DNA from: Macrostomum lignano
Taxonomy: Eukaryota
Direction: 5' to 3'
Length of the DNA stretch: 24,048 nucleotides
Assembly (NCBI GenBank): GCA_002269645.1
Contig: NIVC01000790.1
Coordinates: 1 to 24,048 of the forward strand
Part shown: positions 22,301 through 24,048 of the stretch, one piece after another
Position numbering within the stretch: position 1 is the stretch's first letter
Layout of the letters: each line of letters starts with the position of its first letter
Position numbers and translations under genes: made by a program
The notes under the pieces: model-generated
What the model saw: only the letters and a program-made list of their open reading frames with translations
The model's database searches: none
What the model was told of the DNA's origin: nothing

Positions 22301-24048
22301 TAGCAGCCTCTTCTGGCTTCGGTACTGCACCGCTTTCCTGGTCTGCGCGCAGCTTGAGCTCTTTGGCTTCGGGCTTCAGCTGCTCTTTTTGCTCCTCTGA
22401 CAGACGTGATTCGGCGGCCGGTTCCTGTTTTGCAGTTAATCTCTCAGTCTTTGTGTTCTCTGGTACTGGTTGATTTGGTTCCTGCAATTGTACAGCCAAT
22501 ACGCGGGTTTCAGATTCGACAACCACTGTCGTTTCCGAACCCTGAGGGCCTGCGCTGAGTTTCTCTTTACTCTCAGTGGCGGTATCGGTTGTGACCTTCG
22601 ACGGCACGGATGTCGTATCAGCATCCTCACTAAGCCTATGCTCTGCATTGTCAATTTTAGGCTGTTCCCGATCGACTAATTCCGTTGGCGTTGGCTTTGA
22701 GGATTCAAAGCCTAATGCCTCAGAAGGCTGAGCAGCCTCTTCTAGCTTTGGCGCTGCAGCGATTTTCTGGTCCGCGCGCAGCTCAAGCTCTTTGGCCTCG
22801 GGCTTCAGCTGCTCTTGTCGCTCTTCTGACGGACGCGACTCGGCGGCTTGCGCGTCTGTTGGAGCCACCTCGTCCCTGACCTCAGTCTTTTCGGCAGCCT
22901 CTTCAGGCTTCGGAGCTTCTCGACTCTCCTGATCTGCTTGCAGCTCAAGCTCTTTGGCTTCGGGCTTTAGCTGTCTTGTTGCTTTTCCGACGGACGCGAC
23001 TCGGCGGCTTGCGCGTCTGTTGGAGCCACCTCGTCCCTGACCTCAGCCTGCTTAACAGCCTCTTCAGGCTTTGGTGCTTCTCGACTCTCCCGATCTGCAC
23101 GCAGCTCGAGCTCTTTGGCTTCGGGCTTCAGCTGCTCTTGTCGCTCTGCTGACGGCGCGCGACTCGGCGGCCTCCGCCTCTGTCGGAGCCACCTCGTACT
23201 TTACTTCAGCCTGCTTAGCAGCCCCTTCTGGCTTCGATACTGCACCGCTTTCCTGGTCTGCGCGCAGCTCGAGTCTTTGGCTTCGGCTTCAGCTGCTCTT
23301 GTCGCTCTTCTGACGGACGCGACTCGGCGGCTTGCGCATCTGTTGGAGCCACCTCATCCTTGACCTCAGTCTTTTCGGCAGCCTCTTCAGGCTTCAGAGC
23401 TTCTCGACACTCCCGATCTGCACGCAGCTCGAGCTCTTTGTTTCAGGCTTCAGCTGCTCTTGTCGCTCTTCTGACGGACGCGACTCGGCGGCTTGCGCGT
23501 CTGTTGGAGCCACCTCGTCCCTGACCTCAGCCTGCTTAACAGCCTCTTCAGGCTTTGGTGCTTCTCGGCTCTCCTGATCTGCTTGCAGCTCGAGCTCTTT
23601 GGCTTCGGGCTTCAGCTGCTCTTGTCGCTCTTCTGACGGGCGTGACTCGGCGGCCTCCGCCTCTGTTGGAGCCACATCATCCTTGACCTCAGCCTGCTTA
23701 GCAGCCTCTTCTGGCTTCAGTACTGCACCGCTTTCCTGGTCTGCGCACAGCTCGAGCTCTTTGGCTTCGGGCTTCAGCTGCTCTTGTCGCTCTTCTGACG
23801 GCGCAACTCGGCGGCTTGCGCGGTCTGTTGGAGCCACCTCATCCTTGTCCTCAGTCCTTTCGGCAGCCTCTTCAGGCTTCAGAGCTTCTCGACTCTCCCG
23901 ATCTGCACGCAGCTCGAGCTCTTTTGGCTTCAGGCTTCAGCTGCTCTTGTCGCTCTTCTGATGGGCGCGACTCGGCGGCCTCCGCCTCTGTTGAGCCACC
24001 TCGTCCTTTACTTCAGCCTGCTTAGCAGCCCTTCTGGCTTCGATACTG
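10316..24048 (-). CDS. Giant exon (at least 13,733 bp, 5' end outside window): tandem 54-aa acidic repeats, 141-aa spacers and a Ser-rich unique tail; interrupted by single-base indels
   Basis: ORFs 10250..18292, 18229..20235 and 20172..22868 are one frame offset by 1-bp deletions. Strong donor TCG|GTAAGA at 10315 in phase 0 matches the exon at 9708. No intron-like sequence lies within 10316-24048. Confidence 0.8.
10667..24048 (-). repeat. Coding tandem array: about 67 x 162-bp units plus 6 x 423-bp spacer blocks
   Basis: Unit APTDAQAAESRPSEERQEQLKPEAKELELRADQESGAVSKPEGAAKQAEVKDEV is 54 aa. Spacers lie at 10667-11089, 12548-12970, 13619-14041, 15176-15598, 21105-21527 and 22338-22766. The intervals are multiples of 162 bp (less 2 bp in the interval containing two deletions). 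Confidence 0.97.

Larger units (their letters stand above)
1..24048 (-). other. Partial multi-exon gene: spectraplakin-like (MACF1/dystonin/Short stop family) cytolinker; giant repeat exon followed by spectrin-repeat rod exons
   Basis: Twelve exons joined through GT-AG introns with matching phases give one continuous frame. Trp-containing spectrin motifs recur (EALDWLGRAEARL, GLQQWLALALRQL, NLRHWVTQKERML, RLSDWLP, RLQAWL), followed by spectraplakin/dystrophin-style 'PV..D.L..Q' linkers. Family assignment is from recalled similarity; no database search was run. Confidence 0.8.

Noticed and set aside
18340-22980. Programmed or compensating frameshifting (three 1-bp deletions sum to 3)
   Set aside because: Shifted frames reach stops within tens of codons; no slippery heptamer is evident; identical sister units lack the deletions.
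10327-24025. Dozens of plus-strand Ser/Ala/Cys-rich ORFs (MASGFSCSC..., MRVCWSHL..., MTWFLQLY...) and the recurring 72-aa minus-strand ORF (MTMQSIG...)
   Set aside because: These are antisense or alternate-frame shadows of the coding repeat; they recur at the array's periods and mostly start at non-ATG codons.

Overview
This is eukaryotic (metazoan) genomic DNA holding the middle of one large intron-containing gene on the minus strand; neither end of the gene is in the window. From 9708 down to 1, eleven GC-rich exons with GT-AG boundaries and compatible phases splice into one open frame of about 1,290 aa. That frame consists of spectrin-type repeats most resembling the start of a spectraplakin rod (MACF1/dystonin/Shot family; recognised from memory, not from a search). 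Upstream lies a giant exon of at least 13.7 kb (donor at 10316, acceptor beyond 24048). It encodes about 67 near-identical 54-aa acidic E/A/K/Q/P/S-rich units (162 bp), six copies of a 141-aa spacer block and a unique Ser-rich tail. Single-base indels break this frame at about 18346, 20296 and 22973 and become dense after 23150, most likely long-read assembly error. Seven of the ten rod-region introns carry their own tandem repeat (16, 23/24, 16, about 52, 10, 32 and 31 bp units). GC-rich Ala/Arg-rich exons with minisatellite-filled introns suggest a flatworm such as Macrostomum, but this is only an inference. Most ORFs in the supplied track are antisense shadows or translations of minisatellites.
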